A stretch of DNA of 64,000 nt from Curvularia clavata (taxonomy: Eukaryota): contig CP089278.1 of assembly GCA_023920165.1 (NCBI GenBank), positions 1,984,001 to 2,048,000 on the forward strand. Direction: 5' to 3'. Under the pieces are notes generated by a model. The model saw nothing but the letters and a program-made list of their open reading frames with translations, did no database searches and had not been told where the DNA came from. Each line of letters opens with the position of its first letter. Positions within the stretch are counted from its first letter, which is position 1. Positions 62,144-64,000 of this stretch are shown piece after piece. Both the position numbers and the translations under genes were made by a program.

Positions 62144-62278
62144 ATTTGACAAGATGAACACTATCGACTAGACTATATATATTATTAGAGTTATGATATT
62201 TATAAAGACTTAGTTAGTCTAGTCTAGTTAGAGTAGCTAACTAAAAGATTATAAAGTAATACATAGATTATATAACTA

Positions 62279-64000
62279 ACGTCAAAGATCAGCAAGCTGG
62301 CCAGATCAGCAAGCTGGCCACCCCACCCAACCTAATCCAACTCTCTTCACCATTGATCCACAACAACGCAGTAAAATTAGATAAAATTTAACGGATATAA
62401 TTTATTGTCTAGATTTACACGAAGTGCGAGTGTGACCTTGAATATGGCAGTTTGTGCACGTCGGCGGCGCGCGCTGGCGTCGCTGACTGCCCTCACTCTG
62501 CTCTGCCTCTACAACTACTCTTTCTGCCTCTAAAGCGAGCTGCCGAGCCTGCTGCACCTGGAGCACTCCGCCAGAAGCGATATATTAACGCGGCTGATTC
62601 TACTTTTGTCGCTGGCGCTGATTTTCTTCACGTAGCTTTTTGTTCTCCTCCGCGAGTATTACTGCTGATTGCATTGCAAGCTGAGCGCTCTTAGCAAGCT
62701 GGCGGATAGCAATGCTTGTTGGACTCTCTGGCTGCCGCCGCAGTCGCTCTTGGAGATAGCGCACCTGCTGCTGAAGCTGCTCTACTGTATGTGGTGTCTC
62801 TGTCTGCGCCGCTGCCTGCGCTGTAACGTTGTCATCTACAGTTGTCTGTGGTGGAGACGGCGTCCGGACGACAGTTAGCGACGACAGAACACGATCTAGA
62901 TAAGAAGAGACAAGACCTATCGCCCGAAAGCCTAATTAGATATTCTGCTGCGTAAATATAGTCGGCCGGATCCGTATATAGGCTGTAAGGAAGTCGATCT
63001 TGTCGATATAGTAGACGCCTTGGCGGGCGAGCTCCTCAATCTAACGTCCGTACGCGCGCTTAAGAGGGGAGTAGCAGCTTATGTCTAGAGGCTGGAGAAG
63101 ATGGGAGGTATGTGGCGGCATATAGAGAGTAATAATCTTGTTATCGGCGCAGTACTGGTCGAACTCTGGCGTAGCGTGGCTGCTATGGCCGTCGAGAATA
63201 ATAAGCCGATAGACTCCAGCTATTCGAGCCGCTGTATGCTGATTGAAGTGCTTCACCCACTCTAAGCCTAGCTCATCTGTCGTCCAGCCGTTGTCTGACA
63301 CGCCAATAGTCCAATCGAGTGGGAGGTCGCGGTACCAGCTACTCTAGTGGACTTTACCAGACAAGATTATAAACGGTGGAAGACACCAGCCAGACGCGTT
63401 GACGCACTCGATAGCTGTTACCCATTCGCGATTGCCTGGCTGTATTACAACTGCGCGGCCGACTCTATCAGAGCTAGTCACGACTTTTGATGTTGCAGCA
63501 ACGCCCATTGCAAATCCAGTCTCGTTAAAGTTGTAGATATCTTGGTCAAGAACGCTATACGTCTGTCGCGTCTCCTCTACTAGTTTAAACCACGCTGTAA
63601 TCGCGATAGGATCTTTAGAACTAGCGCGCTGGCTATTAAGCTTTCTAGTCCACTTTGTCTGGAGCTCTGGCTGGCCTTGGATAAAGCGCGACACCCATTT
63701 CTTGCCTACAGGTAGTGGAGGTGGATCTTGGCCACGCGCGGCGAGTAGAGCGTCTACTATTCGTCGTACGTCGATGATATGGGGTGGAAAACCACACCAG
63801 TCAAGGTCTAAGATCCACTGTACGAGAGAATGCTCTTCAATAGACGATAGCTTACAATTAGCAGGTCGCACCTCAGATCGTGGCTGGGTACCACTGACGC
63901 GCGTCTGGAGTGTAGATCTTGGTATATTAAAGGCCATTGCAAGAGCGCGGAGAGACTGTTTTGGATTATTACGATAGAACGCGATAGCAAGACTTATTCT
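62279..64000 (-). mobile_element. Fot1/pogo-type transposon of a second family, lightly RIPped; continues beyond the window
   Basis: TA followed by TIR ACGTCAAAGATCAGCAAGCTGGCCAGATCAGCAAGCTGGCC. Minus-strand ORF pieces show HTH (FNIPRSTLQTR), YNFNETGF, ILDGHSSH and MPPHTSHLLQPLD, broken by TAG stops. Confidence 0.92.

Overview
This is a gene-poor, AT-rich nest of transposons from a filamentous ascomycete with strong RIP (TpA excess, C->T/G->A decay; Gln/Trp codons turned to stops, Cys to Tyr). The one intact unit is a very young 7.4-kb Ty3/Gypsy chromovirus (family A, 4299-11716; no LTR differences seen, ATATA TSD), inserted in an intron of a long-TIR Tc1 (DD34E) element. Also present are RIP-decayed chromoviruses of three families (A/A', B, C), three solo LTRs, two Tc1 copies, three Fot1/pogo elements, a 6.4-kb hAT element with extra ORF relics, four hAT MITEs and a LINE RNase H fragment. 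Beneath these lies an older RIP-killed multi-copy family of ~220-codon genes. The main finding is an antisense ORF between integrase and the 3' LTR of the intact element, encoding a Zn(II)2Cys6 cluster, a coiled coil and an acidic tail. The same antisense Cys6 module is recoverable, with Tyr at the Cys positions, in the RIPped A', B and probably C families. All three families also show Tf1-like self-priming signals, and the A and B Gags carry arrays of an H-x7-C-x3-5-C-x2-H motif. Coordinates of RIPped relics are approximate and were derived by manual reading.
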